A DNA stretch of 64,000 nt from a virus (IMGVR_UViG_3300033076_000277:1656-65655); one strand, 5' to 3'. Shown: positions 25,381 through 36,382, counted from the stretch's first letter. Made by a program: numbers and translations. Notes: generated from the letters alone by a model not told the origin.

Positions 25381-28302
25381 ATGACATCCGCTGAATTTTT
25401 AGCGGTGGTTTTACCGTCCGAAGGTTTCGGTCTTTACTGCGCGGTAGAACTCACAAAAAAGAAAGAGCATGTATATGCGGCAAAAATCGACGACCTCATC
25501 CCGACGATAGAGCAGTGGCACGCCAACAACTACGACGTCTTCTATAGCGTAGCTACCTTCGACAAGAAGCGCGGCGCAGAGGAAGCGCAGTACTTGAAGT
25601 CTTTCTTTGTCGACTTGGATGGGTACACATCTAAGAAAGCGGCGGCTGATGCGCTGATTCAATTCCTGCAAAGCTCGGGCCTCGACGCGCTCGGTACGCC
25701 GTGGGTGGTTGACTCTGGCGGCGGCTTGCACTGCTACTGGCCGTTGAAGGACGAGGTGCCTGCGGCTGTTTGGAAACCTGTTGCTGAGAACCTAAAGCGT
25801 TTGTGCAAACAGGAAGGCTTCAACATTGACATGACGGTGACGGCTGACTTAGCTCGCATCTTGCGGGTGCCCGGTACAGCCAACAACAAAAAGAAGTACG
25901 CGACGCCGCGCCCTGTGCGCATAGTGCAGGAAGGCGACATTTTTGACTTTGCTACTTTCTCCCCACTTGTTTATGAGAAGCTTGAGGAAGTACCTGCGCC
26001 ACCTGCACCCAAAGCAGACCTGCCCGGTCAGCGCCCCACTGCACCAACACGCAGTCAGGTCAAGCTGATGCAGGACAGCTACACGGTCTTTGAGAACTTT
26101 GAGAACCAGTGTGGGCAGATACAGGACTACATCGCCACGGCGACTGACGACGGCAAGGAACCCATCTGGCGCGGTATTTTGTCTTGGGCCAAGGTGTGCA
26201 CGGACGGCGCGGAGAAAGCGGTTTGGCTCTCAGACATGCACCCGTACCCACATGAGCGCATGCACCAGAAGCTTGCTGAAATCAAAGGCCCATACGCCTG
26301 CATGAAGATGGACAGCGAGAACCCCGGCATCTGCACAAAGTGCAAGCACTGGGGAAAAATCACCAACCCTCTAATCCTTGGGCGCGAGATCAAGACGGAC
26401 AACACCGCCAAAGAGATCATGCTCGAAGCGCCAGTTGAAGAAGACTTTGATGACGCAGTGTTCGACTCCGAGGATGAGTACGAACCAGAAGATACGGGTT
26501 TACCCTTAGCACCTAGCGTGGTACGTCCTGTGCCCCCTCGTGGTTTCAGTTATGGTGAGAACGGCGGCGTGTACTGCACCCGCACTGAAGAAGACGAAGA
26601 AGGCAAGAAGGTCAAGAAGAACATTCAGCTTGTTCCCTACGACTTGTTTGTGGTTGACCTCCTGAAGATGGAGAACGACCACTTGGTTCACATGGCCGCT
26701 GTGCGTCCCGAAGGCGTGCAGACTTTGAACTTCCCACAGAAATCTGTTGTCAGCAAAGACGAGACGCTCAAATGGTTGGCCAGTCAGAACATCGTCAGCA
26801 CGTTTGCAGGCCACGACAAGACTTTGTATGAGTACGTGCGAGCATGCGTGGGCGAGGCTTCACAAGAGCGCAAACCCATCGAGGTGCCATACCAGTGCGG
26901 ATGGCAGGCAGACGGCTCGTTTGTTTACAACCACCGCGTGTTCAGCAGAGACGGCCGCGAGACTCGCGTGCCGATGCCCGGGCTGGAGAATATCAACCGC
27001 AACACCAACGGCAAGGGCGACATCGATACGTGGCGAAATCTGTGGCGGACAATCTTTGTAGAGAAGCCCGGGATGGAGACAGCCTTGGCTGTGGCGTTAG
27101 ACTCCTTTGGATCACCACTCATGCGCTTCACGGAATACGAAGGCTTTGTCTGGCACATCGGATCACAGTGGTCAGGTACGGGTAAATCCCTAGTCCTTAG
27201 CGCCAAGGCAGGTGTGTGGGGGCATCCGCTACGCTACCGCACAGGCAAGAGCACGTCACCTGTTGCTATGCAACAACGCGCCGGTTTGCTTAACAGCATG
27301 CCGCTTCTGATCGACGAGATCACCAATACGCAACGACACAACATGGAGTGGGCGCCTGCCTTTATCTTCGACTACGCTGAGGGTCAGGGTAAGGAGCGTA
27401 TGGAGTCCGGCTCCAACAAGGAGCGTATCAATAACAGTACGTGGACTGCCACCTGCACGATGACGTCCAACACGAAGCTGACCGACTACATGGCGGGTGT
27501 ACGGGCGCACAGCTCCAACGGCGAGCTTCTGCGTATGCTTGAGTGGGCACCGCACATTAAACTAAAGTTCACCCCCGAAGAGCGCACAACCTTGCTTGAG
27601 ATCAAACGCAACTACGGCATTGCCGGTGAAGCATGGGTCCGGTGGTTGGCGGTCAACCAAAAGACTGCTGAAGAGATTGTGCAGAAGACGCACAGGCATC
27701 TGAAGAAAGTGTTCAACTTCAACGACGACGAGCGCTACTGGCACGCAGGCTGTACAACAACTGTGGCGGCGGCAATCATGCTTCGCAAGGAGTACTCCGG
27801 TATTCTGGACGTGGAGATCAACAAGGTCATCACCGCTCTGAAAGAGCTTGTGGAGAAAGCCCGTGGCGTTATCAAGACCAGTGTGCGCTCTGCTGAGGAT
27901 GTCCTGAACGCCTACATCGGCGACAACTACGGAAGCTTCATCGTCATCAAGAAAGTCGAGGGCAAAATCTTGGCAGCGTGGGGCGACAACGGCGACATCG
28001 TGGACCGCTCGACCACCAAGAGCAAGGTGCTCGGCAGGGTGGAGCATGGCATCCTAGCGCCGGGGTACAGGGAGTTCTACATTGAGGAACAGCTTTTGAA
28101 GAAGCACTGCGTGAGCATGAGCTTCGGTTACGATGAATTCAAGGCGCAGATGGAGGAGCTATTTACCTGCAAATACGTCAAGAAAGATATGCTGTCCCGC
28201 ACCAACGGCCCTGCCATGCGCGTCAACACCATGCACATAACCTTCAGGGAAGAAGTCTTCGATGGAAATAATCTATCCGTGGGCGAAGCTAAAGCCGGGT
28301 GA
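25381..28302 (+). CDS. RepB/AEP-like primase fused to DUF927-type helicase
   Basis: FFVDLD, SGGGLHCYW, DLARILRVPGT; Cys cluster C..C..CKH; Walker A SGTGKS, Walker B LLIDE. Confidence 0.9.
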   Translation: MTSAEFLAVVLPSEGFGLYCAVELTKKKEHVYAAKIDDLIPTIEQWHANNYDVFYSVATFDKKRGAEEAQYLKSFFVDLDGYTSKKAAADALIQFLQSSGLDALGTPWVVDSGGGLHCYWPLKDEVPAAVWKPVAENLKRLCKQEGFNIDMTVTADLARILRVPGTANNKKKYATPRPVRIVQEGDIFDFATFSPLVYEKLEEVPAPPAPKADLPGQRPTAPTRSQVKLMQDSYTVFENFENQCGQIQDYIATATDDGKEPIWRGILSWAKVCTDGAEKAVWLSDMHPYPHERMHQKLAEIKGPYACMKMDSENPGICTKCKHWGKITNPLILGREIKTDNTAKEIMLEAPVEEDFDDAVFDSEDEYEPEDTGLPLAPSVVRPVPPRGFSYGENGGVYCTRTEEDEEGKKVKKNIQLVPYDLFVVDLLKMENDHLVHMAAVRPEGVQTLNFPQKSVVSKDETLKWLASQNIVSTFAGHDKTLYEYVRACVGEASQERKPIEVPYQCGWQADGSFVYNHRVFSRDGRETRVPMPGLENINRNTNGKGDIDTWRNLWRTIFVEKPGMETALAVALDSFGSPLMRFTEYEGFVWHIGSQWSGTGKSLVLSAKAGVWGHPLRYRTGKSTSPVAMQQRAGLLNSMPLLIDEITNTQRHNMEWAPAFIFDYAEGQGKERMESGSNKERINNSTWTATCTMTSNTKLTDYMAGVRAHSSNGELLRMLEWAPHIKLKFTPEERTTLLEIKRNYGIAGEAWVRWLAVNQKTAEEIVQKTHRHLKKVFNFNDDERYWHAGCTTTVAAAIMLRKEYSGILDVEINKVITALKELVEKARGVIKTSVRSAEDVLNAYIGDNYGSFIVIKKVEGKILAAWGDNGDIVDRSTTKSKVLGRVEHGILAPGYREFYIEEQLLKKHCVSMSFGYDEFKAQMEELFTCKYVKKDMLSRTNGPAMRVNTMHITFREEVFDGNNLSVGEAKAG

Positions 28303-28480
28303 GGGCTTCTTTGTACCGGGGCTAGACGTAGAGAAAGTGAGGGAGTTGGGCTTACGTGCCGCGCTCCCTCACCGGATTCATGCTCGTGCGATTGTGGGTA
28401 TCAGGAAGAACCAACTAGGCGTATGGTTTTATCGGAAATTTCCCGCGTCGCATTTGCAAGCCCAATCTTCATCTTCCTGA
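28262..28480 (+). CDS. small hypothetical protein (YPW..L.PGE.FFVP family)
   Basis: 72 aa, last + strand gene. Confidence 0.7.
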   Translation: MEIIYPWAKLKPGEGFFVPGLDVEKVRELGLRAALPHRIHARAIVGIRKNQLGVWFYRKFPASHLQAQSSSS

Positions 28481-31400
28481 TCTCGTCAAGCTGTTGGCGC
28501 TTGGCTTCAGGCGTCATATTTGATGCGGCTACAGCACGCTCGGCTTGGGTCAACATGTTCATGTTTGTCTTAAACGTATTGGCCAACTCTGCCTGCATAT
28601 ACTCGGAACCGCGCTTGGTCAGCAAGGCTTGAGCTTCCTGCACCTTACCTTCTTCCACCAGTTTGGTCACAGTGTTCTTCACTTGCAGAGCCTCGTTCAT
28701 GCGCTCGTACACGGAGTTCACGATGCCGCCTGCGTCGTTGGGTTGGAACACGCCGCCCACGATGGGGTACTCAGACAAGCGTTTGACGGCCTGCTCTGGA
28801 GTCTCTTTGGATGGCACGCCCATACTGATTGCCTGCAAGAAAGCCAAGCCCATCGTTCCTGTATAGCCGCTGACAAGCGCCTCGATCTTGACTGGAGAAA
28901 TCTCCAAGGCACTACCGAGAGCCTTTGCCGCTTCGCTTGTATTGGCGCGGTACTGTTCTTCTGGCAACAGGTTCTTCTCACGTGCAGACAAGATGTCGCG
29001 GCCTGTGTAGAACGACTTGCCGAGCCCCACCTCGATGGCGGGTTTGATCGCCTGAGGGATGCCGTATGAAGAACCGCCGGGGACAGTCTGCAACAAGATT
29101 TGCTTGAACGCTTTGACTGCTTCCTCTCCGCCATGCTCTGTAGTCATGGTGTTGTACAGCGCCTCAGGCAACGCCTTGAAGATGTAGCCGATCTCAAATG
29201 GCACAGGAATCTTGACGGGCTCATCGACACCGGGCAAGCGCACAAACCAACTGCCGTACTTCTGGTCAGGGGTAGCGTTCTTGTAGGCGTCGTCGTCCTC
29301 CATCATTGCGGCGTAAATAATTGAAGCCGCCGCCATCATGCCACCACGCATCAACAACTTCTCACGAATACGCAACTGGTCGTTGAATGGCATCTTGCCG
29401 GACATTGCTTTGTACAACACGTTCAGACCTTGGATCTGTGCGTTGAAGAAAGGAATCAAGGCGTTGGCTACGTGCACGCTTGGGGATGCGCCGCGCTTGT
29501 TAAAGTTCATGGACTCCAGAGACATCAGCGTAGCTTCCATCTCAGACAAGCCTTGCTCAATGTAGCTGTTGTACTGGGCACGACGAGTCAAAGCATCAGC
29601 CTCCATACCCAAAGCTTCAAACTTGCCAAGTGCTTCCATCCATCCGGGTTTACCCTCAGTGATGTCGCGCATGATCTTGGTCAGGTCTTCGCTTGTGCCT
29701 TTGAACTGTTGGCCGCCAGTGATGCCGCGTTTCTCCAAAACGCCTTTAGACGGAGCGCCAATCTCTTTGAGCGCGCCAATCACGGGAGCAAAGTCAGCGC
29801 CGGACATGATCGGTGCGGCCAACGAGTCACGGAACAACTGCTTGGCCATGTACAAGGGGCTGAGCGTCACGGCCTTGCGCAAAGCTTGCGCTGGCATAGA
29901 CATCACGCGGAACAGGAACGGCATCTGTGTGGGGATACCCTCCATGCCCTTAACCAAGATATCAGCAGGCACGCCTGTGTCGAACTCCTTGTTGCCAATC
30001 TTCACCTTCTCTGTAGCGATGATCGCGTAACGGTCATCCCCTTCTACTTTGAATTTGACAACGTCTGGGCCGTCGGCTTTTTTCACCAACGTGGCGGCTT
30101 TCAGGTCGACCAGTTCCATGACTGCGTTCTTGGTTGCGAGGTTGCGCAGGCCCATGTCAGTCAGCATGTTGGTGTTCTGCACCGAGCTGGTCATAAAGTC
30201 TAGGATGGCGGTATCGCCACCGACCAAGCTTTGCAGGTATGGCTGTTCAGCAACACTACCAATACGCACGGGACTTTCGTTGCCGATCACCAACTCGACG
30301 ACACCTTTGCGCTCACGATAGAACGGGATGTAATCGTCCTGCGCTACCAAGCGTTTCACAAGTTCTTTAGACAAAGCGCCTGTGCTGGCTACAAAGTCCA
30401 AAAGGTCGCGGTTGTACTGGTTGTACTCTGTGCGAGCATCATCAAAGATTTTCTTCAGCGCTGGGTTGGTGTCTACCAAAGAGGTGACGTCGTCAAGCAT
30501 TGCCTGTGTCAGAATAGGTTTGCCGTCTGCGTCCGTGCCAAAGTTGAGCGTCTCGATACCCTTGTTGGCGGCACGAATTGCCGCCATGTAGGTGGTAAAC
30601 AACTGGTTAACAGCTTCGCCGTTACCTACGTACTGCTTGGCTTCGTTCAGCTTGCTGACAATGCTCTTCAGGTTAGCGCCGTCAGTGCTCTCCACAATAC
30701 GCTCAGTCTGGCCGTCAGCTCTTGTCTTCTCCACAATACGTGGAGCGCCGTTGGCTACAGACTGCGACACCATGTTCATACGCTGATCGTATGTGCGCAA
30801 GTAGTACATCATCTGAGTACCACGAAGCGGCTCCATGTATTTGGCCAAACGCTCAAAGCCTGCGAAGCGGTCAACAAGCTGTGTCTCAAACGCAAGGCCT
30901 GTTGTGTTGGCCTTGACGGTATCCCACCAAGATTTATCCTTGGCCACAACCTTGTCCATGGTGGCGCGTACGCGGTTGAACTCTTCACCCTTGTACTCAG
31001 CCTTAGCGCGGTACACAAGTCCAGAAGTATCTACGCTACCGCCACGGGCACCTTTGCCGGTCTTCACATAGCGACGTGCGTCAGCAACCAGTTGCTTGAC
31101 TTCGGAGTCGGACACGTTGGCGATGCCAAGCTTGCTCAGGAACCACTGTTTAATTGCAGAGTAAATGCGGCGCAGTGCATTTGCGGCTTGGGAGTTAGCG
31201 TATGGGCCCGTCTCAGCCAGATCAGCCAACACCTCTTCAACAGCCACTTCACGGGAGAGCGCCTTGTTTGCGTCCATCTTGCCTTCAGCGGCGATACGCA
31301 CAGCCTCGTTGCCGTTGTAAATGCTCTGCATGGTAGAGGCGTATGTGTCGCCCAGCATCTCGCGCAAACCAAAGTGACCTGCAATCTCGTGCGCTACGGT

Positions 31401-34400
31401 GAGCGCAACGTCGGTCGTGCCATGCAAGTTGTCGGCAATCAGGTACACCTTCTTTGTCTTGGGGTCGTACAGGCCCGGGGCTTTGCCCTGCATGCTCTCA
31501 GCAACAAGTTGCTTGTAGATACGGATTGGCAAACCTGTCTCGCTCTGGATGACAACGACAGGAGGCACAACCTCCCAGTCTTTACGGACTTCGTCGGCAA
31601 CCTTCTGGACAGCGTCCACAGTCATGCCTTCGCCCTTACCTGTTGTACGGAACAGACCACGCAAGTCGGGCGTCTCTTCACCAAACTCGCCGTACACGCC
31701 TTGTTCACGCTCAGCGGCAAGACCTTCCGACGCGGCTGCAAGAGTTTGTTTGTATCCTGTGCGGAAAGGTTTCTGCGCAGCCAAGGCAACAGTGCTGGCA
31801 ACTGTAGCGGCGCGTTGCTTCTTACGAGGCTTGCCTTCAAACAATACTTCGCGCTGTTGCTCCAAGGACTCAATGTTCTGAATCACGCCAGCTTTTGCAA
31901 GCGCGGCATCGCGTTCTGCTTGGGGCAGAGTCTCGTCTTGTGCCAACTTCTTGAGCGCAGACAATTCATTGGGAAACTCTTCGTAAGCGCCCAGCTCCGT
32001 GATTAGCTCAGCAACCTCTTTGTCGATGCTCTCAGCCTGTGCGTTCTTGATGAGCGTGGCTTGTTCGGCTTCGTATGCGCGGTCGGCTTTGTCTTGATCT
32101 TGCTTACGCAGTCTGTCTGCTTCTAGCTCGGCAGTGTCTTTAAGAGTTTCGGTTACACCTGCCTGACGTTTGACGCCCTTGCCGCCCAACGTGTCTTTCC
32201 AATACTCTTCAAATTTCTGTTGGTCGGACTTGGCAATTTCTTTGAACTCAGTGGCGCGTGTCTCTGCCGCTTGGACAGTTTGCTTCTGCACTTCCAAGTT
32301 CTTCTTGGCCTGACGGTACGCGAACGGATAAGCGTTGGGGTTGTCGAGCACAGTCTCGCCGCGCATGGAGGCCAAGGTAGCTTCCTGCATCTCCAAGTAT
32401 TGACGCTCGTTCTTAACGTTCTTATCAAGCATGGCCTGAATAACGACAGCGGCTCCGTCAAACTCTTCGTGGCGCTCAGTCACCAACTTATCAAGCGCAT
32501 CCTCTTGCTCTTTGATTTTGGCTTTCAGGTCGTCGACGACGCCCTTCTTCTCTTCGTAGCGGAACAACTCGTAGGTGGCCAGCTCTGTGCGGTTTGCACC
32601 TTCCTTCTGTGCCAATACGCCCTCAAAGCGCTTGTTGATTTTGTCCAGCTCTGCCTGCTCTTTGTCGAGCGTCTTCTTGGCAGCCTCTAACTCTTTGGCC
32701 ACATCACGAATCTGCGGGTCAAGCAGTGCCGCACGTGCGGCTTCCATCTCACCGTTTGCTTTGGTGATGGCTTTCTCAACAGCCAGTTGGTACACACCGC
32801 GCTGTTTCTCAACAGCTTGCTCAGAGTCCAGCAACGCTTTCTGCTCAGGAGACATGATGGCAGAGCCGCGCATCACTTCTTTGAGGTACTTGACGGTGTC
32901 ACGCATACCCGCCATGCGCTCGTTCAGCGCCTTAGCAGTGGCCCGGACATTTGCATTTGTGTCCTGCATGAAAGCCAACAGTTGATTGTCAGCATCCTGT
33001 AGGCGGCGTCCTTGTGCCAACAAGTCCATGGCTTCTTTGACTCGCGCTTGGTACTTTGGCAACTCTTTAGCGCGGAAGTCTTTAAGTAAGCGGTCAGCAA
33101 GAATCTTTTCCTGCTCCGTCATGGGCTGGCCCTTGGCGTACTTGTACAGGGTGTCTTTTTCTTCCTGCGTTGTGCCTGCCTCTGGCATACCTGCAAAAAC
33201 CTTGGCCATCTCAGCGTCAGACCAACGGCTTGTGTCTTTCCAGAAGAACTGTGTGTCCTTACGGATGCTGTCCATGCGCTCAGTCAACTGCTCAAGCAAA
33301 CGCAGGCGGTTCTTACGTGTGGCTTCCTTGGCCAGACGCACAGGCTCGGTCTTCTTGAACAACTCTTTTGCGCGGTCGATCGCCGCCCACACAGGCTTGA
33401 TGCGAGGTGAGTTGGCAAAGTTCTTTGGCGTTGCGCGGATATAGCCAAGGTCTTCCTTGATCTCAGGGAACAAAGACTTCTGACCTTCTGGCACAGTCTC
33501 AGTAGCGCGGATGGCATCACGGATCGCTTGAATGTCGACCTGCTTGACGTCGCGGCCTGCGACGATGGCGTCCACCACGGGCTCAACTTTGTCCAAGATG
33601 TCGCGTGTGGCTTTGCCTTCATCCATGATGTCGGCGGCGGCATTGAGTGCGTCGCGTGCTGCTGGGCGCATACCGCCCATCTTGGCCATCTTGTCACGTA
33701 CAAACTCTGTACGGCGGCGCAGTTCTCCACCCAAAGTTGTTGCAGTTTCGCCACGGGCTTCGGCTACTTTCTTAGCCTCTGTCTCTTTAAACTGGCGCTT
33801 CAAAGGGCCGGTCTCCACACGTGTGGCATTGACCTCAGGCTTCTCTAACAGGTTACGCATCGCAGACTTGATACGCTCTTGGAAGTGGGCGATCTCCGCA
33901 GGGCTGATAGCCTGCGTGCCTGCTTTGACCTGACGACGCTCTGTAACCGCAGGGCGCACAATTTTGTCTGCACGCATCTGTGCAGGCTGAACAATCACAT
34001 CCTCAAACTCAGGCTGTGTGGGCTTGGCATTTGAGCGTGCCACCCAGTCATTGACCGCATCGAACATTGTGGACGCGGCTTTGATCGCCTCGTCTTGTGT
34101 GATGGCCGGCTGGCCTGCGGCACGGCGGTGCAGTGCGGCTTCTTGGAGCGCAGAAGAAATCAGTTGGCCACGGACTTGGTTGGCCTTGTTGGTCAGTGAC
34201 TGCTCTGTCGAAGCGGCCATCTCTTTGTTTGTACCGCCAAGGGTCTGCTCTGTGCGCAGTTGCTCGGTGATGTCGCTCAGCTTGGCCATGGCCTCTTGCT
34301 GTGCACGGCGTGCGGCAATCACTTCACGGGCGTAGTCACCGCCTTCTTTGCTGATCTGCTCGATCTTCTCAAGTGCAGTCTTGCCTTTGGCCAGCGCTTC

Positions 34401-36317
34401 CATGGCTGCGGCACGCTCTGGCGCACCGCGTTTACCTTGAGCTGGGATGGCGTAGCGCGCTGTGCGGTAGTCTTGGTCGGCTTTGTCTGCCTCTGCAATC
34501 AAGGAGTCGATGCGCTCTCGAATCTGTGGACCGCGTGGCAGAGGCTTGACTTTCTCACTGACGGCGATGACGGGCTCTTGGCCCAACGCCTTCTCAAACA
34601 TGGGGTCGAGGTAGTCAAAGTTTGGTTCAGCGGTTCTTGCTTGCTCTTCCACATCCTCCTGAGACTCTTTGAACAGTGCCATCTGGTCGGCAGGTTCTGT
34701 AAGTGTCTGGGCTTTGAGCGTCTCTTGGCGCTGTGCAAGCTCTTGCTTGGACGCGGCTTTCTCTTTCTTCTCAATGTCTGCAAGGCGCAACTTGATGCCA
34801 GACAACAAAAGGCTGTTGTCGGAAGCTGTCAAATCAGGCATCTTTGTGCGCGTCTTGACCATCTCCGCAGCCTTTTTGGGGTCCTGCATCATGTAGTCGG
34901 CGATGTCGCCAAGATCAAATACACCCGCGCCACGGGCCGCATCGAACTGTCCTTGGGCGTAATCTTGTACAGACGTGTCGACAGCAGGCGGCGTCTCTTC
35001 AACACCGAACAACTGACCTTTGCCACGGCGCACTGTGGGCTCTGCCGCTTTGGGCGCTTCAACAGGCTTGTACTCGATGCCCATCTGCTGAAGCATGAAG
35101 TCCTCTGTTGGCATTTTGGCCAACGCTTCTTTCTTGGCAATCTCGTCAACTTGCTTTTTAGCGCCGTGATATTCCTCAGCCAGAGGCTTAATCTGCTTGT
35201 CGAGATCCTTCAGTTGTGCGTTAATATCTCTATTGAACGCCCGGTCTGCGTCGGCGGTGGGGGAGTCTTTCTCAATCTTTTTGATCTGCCCGACCAAGTC
35301 CTGCTTTTGCTTGGCCAACTCATCGTACTTTTGTACTACCTCTTGGGCATACTCAGGCGTAGCTTTACGCTCACGCTCGGTCTCTAAACGCTGTGCTTCC
35401 TCAGCACGCAACTGCGCAAGCTCTTCTTGCTGTGGTGTTTTTTCTTTCTTAGCTTCGCCGCGACGCTCCATGTAGCGACCACCGGGGGCAAGTACGCCGC
35501 CAAGAACCGCGCCACCAACAAAGCTGTCAAAGTACTCGTCACGGGCTTTTTCGTCTGCGATGTTGAGACCTGCTTGTAGGCGCTCAAACACCTGCTGGCC
35601 TGCTTCTGTCAGACCTTCTGTGCCCATAGCCTTGCCTGTGGCAAGCGCATAGTCTTTGGCGATCTGTGCAGTGCTTTGTTTTGTAGCTTCAAGCAGCGCC
35701 TTCTCAGGAACTTGTTTACCAGCAGCGGCAAAAATATTGCGGATGCCGGGCAGCATCTTCAAGCTGAGCATGTCCAAGGCGGCTTGCGGTACAGCAGCGG
35801 CAGCGGCGTAACCTAGTTCCGTCTCACCAAGTTTTTTGCCCTCGTCCATCTGACGAGACAAGTTAGAACCAGTGAACTGTGCGGCAGATGCAAGGCCAGC
35901 GGCACCAAGCGCGGCAAGACCTTCGGGGGCCAAGGCACCTGCGGCAATAGGCGCGGCCATGTATGGGACTGACTGCCCCAACAACTCAGAAACTTTGGTG
36001 ATCGGCGCTTCTGTCCAACCTTTCTCGGTTGGCTTGAAGGTTTTCTTTTTGTACTCTTCCTGCTCTTGGATGTACTTCTCGGCCGCAGCTTGGTCCATCA
36101 ACCCACTACGTCCTGCAAGCGCGGCAATGTCGCCTTTAAGCCCGGCTAATCCTGCTTTGGTGGCGGCTACAAACCCGCCTTCTGGTTGAGCTTCTTGGCC
36201 TTTGGAAGCAAAGGCTTCGGGGTACATGCGCTGTGCACGCGCCCAAGCTTCTTGGGGCGACTCGCCCTCTCGAATAGTTACAGATGAACCGTCAGGAAGA
36301 GGGAGGTATTGTGCCAT
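28401..36317 (-). CDS. giant virion/ejection polyvalent protein (zincin-like HExxGH plus C-terminal LPD38-like domain)
   Basis: 2638 aa; long coiled coil; VAHEIAGHFGL...AVEEVLA; C-terminal PFFNAQIQG...PVPFEIG. Confidence 0.85.
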   Translation of the reverse strand: MAQYLPLPDGSSVTIREGESPQEAWARAQRMYPEAFASKGQEAQPEGGFVAATKAGLAGLKGDIAALAGRSGLMDQAAAEKYIQEQEEYKKKTFKPTEKGWTEAPITKVSELLGQSVPYMAAPIAAGALAPEGLAALGAAGLASAAQFTGSNLSRQMDEGKKLGETELGYAAAAAVPQAALDMLSLKMLPGIRNIFAAAGKQVPEKALLEATKQSTAQIAKDYALATGKAMGTEGLTEAGQQVFERLQAGLNIADEKARDEYFDSFVGGAVLGGVLAPGGRYMERRGEAKKEKTPQQEELAQLRAEEAQRLETERERKATPEYAQEVVQKYDELAKQKQDLVGQIKKIEKDSPTADADRAFNRDINAQLKDLDKQIKPLAEEYHGAKKQVDEIAKKEALAKMPTEDFMLQQMGIEYKPVEAPKAAEPTVRRGKGQLFGVEETPPAVDTSVQDYAQGQFDAARGAGVFDLGDIADYMMQDPKKAAEMVKTRTKMPDLTASDNSLLLSGIKLRLADIEKKEKAASKQELAQRQETLKAQTLTEPADQMALFKESQEDVEEQARTAEPNFDYLDPMFEKALGQEPVIAVSEKVKPLPRGPQIRERIDSLIAEADKADQDYRTARYAIPAQGKRGAPERAAAMEALAKGKTALEKIEQISKEGGDYAREVIAARRAQQEAMAKLSDITEQLRTEQTLGGTNKEMAASTEQSLTNKANQVRGQLISSALQEAALHRRAAGQPAITQDEAIKAASTMFDAVNDWVARSNAKPTQPEFEDVIVQPAQMRADKIVRPAVTERRQVKAGTQAISPAEIAHFQERIKSAMRNLLEKPEVNATRVETGPLKRQFKETEAKKVAEARGETATTLGGELRRRTEFVRDKMAKMGGMRPAARDALNAAADIMDEGKATRDILDKVEPVVDAIVAGRDVKQVDIQAIRDAIRATETVPEGQKSLFPEIKEDLGYIRATPKNFANSPRIKPVWAAIDRAKELFKKTEPVRLAKEATRKNRLRLLEQLTERMDSIRKDTQFFWKDTSRWSDAEMAKVFAGMPEAGTTQEEKDTLYKYAKGQPMTEQEKILADRLLKDFRAKELPKYQARVKEAMDLLAQGRRLQDADNQLLAFMQDTNANVRATAKALNERMAGMRDTVKYLKEVMRGSAIMSPEQKALLDSEQAVEKQRGVYQLAVEKAITKANGEMEAARAALLDPQIRDVAKELEAAKKTLDKEQAELDKINKRFEGVLAQKEGANRTELATYELFRYEEKKGVVDDLKAKIKEQEDALDKLVTERHEEFDGAAVVIQAMLDKNVKNERQYLEMQEATLASMRGETVLDNPNAYPFAYRQAKKNLEVQKQTVQAAETRATEFKEIAKSDQQKFEEYWKDTLGGKGVKRQAGVTETLKDTAELEADRLRKQDQDKADRAYEAEQATLIKNAQAESIDKEVAELITELGAYEEFPNELSALKKLAQDETLPQAERDAALAKAGVIQNIESLEQQREVLFEGKPRKKQRAATVASTVALAAQKPFRTGYKQTLAAASEGLAAEREQGVYGEFGEETPDLRGLFRTTGKGEGMTVDAVQKVADEVRKDWEVVPPVVVIQSETGLPIRIYKQLVAESMQGKAPGLYDPKTKKVYLIADNLHGTTDVALTVAHEIAGHFGLREMLGDTYASTMQSIYNGNEAVRIAAEGKMDANKALSREVAVEEVLADLAETGPYANSQAANALRRIYSAIKQWFLSKLGIANVSDSEVKQLVADARRYVKTGKGARGGSVDTSGLVYRAKAEYKGEEFNRVRATMDKVVAKDKSWWDTVKANTTGLAFETQLVDRFAGFERLAKYMEPLRGTQMMYYLRTYDQRMNMVSQSVANGAPRIVEKTRADGQTERIVESTDGANLKSIVSKLNEAKQYVGNGEAVNQLFTTYMAAIRAANKGIETLNFGTDADGKPILTQAMLDDVTSLVDTNPALKKIFDDARTEYNQYNRDLLDFVASTGALSKELVKRLVAQDDYIPFYRERKGVVELVIGNESPVRIGSVAEQPYLQSLVGGDTAILDFMTSSVQNTNMLTDMGLRNLATKNAVMELVDLKAATLVKKADGPDVVKFKVEGDDRYAIIATEKVKIGNKEFDTGVPADILVKGMEGIPTQMPFLFRVMSMPAQALRKAVTLSPLYMAKQLFRDSLAAPIMSGADFAPVIGALKEIGAPSKGVLEKRGITGGQQFKGTSEDLTKIMRDITEGKPGWMEALGKFEALGMEADALTRRAQYNSYIEQGLSEMEATLMSLESMNFNKRGASPSVHVANALIPFFNAQIQGLNVLYKAMSGKMPFNDQLRIREKLLMRGGMMAAASIIYAAMMEDDDAYKNATPDQKYGSWFVRLPGVDEPVKIPVPFEIGYIFKALPEALYNTMTTEHGGEEAVKAFKQILLQTVPGGSSYGIPQAIKPAIEVGLGKSFYTGRDILSAREKNLLPEEQYRANTSEAAKALGSALEISPVKIEALVSGYTGTMGLAFLQAISMGVPSKETPEQAVKRLSEYPIVGGVFQPNDAGGIVNSVYERMNEALQVKNTVTKLVEEGKVQEAQALLTKRGSEYMQAELANTFKTNMNMLTQAERAVAASNMTPEAKRQQLDEIRKMKIGLANATREISDKTIRLVGSS

Positions 36318-36382
36318 GGCAGTACTAATTGTGCGGCTTGTCGAAAGCCCCCAGCAAGGCCGAACTCAACTGGGGTGTTGAA

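Noticed and set aside
30231-32006. 591-aa + strand ORF (and other long ORFs opposite the giant gene)
   Set aside because: Antisense shadow of a strongly codon-biased - strand gene; no RBS or recognisable motifs
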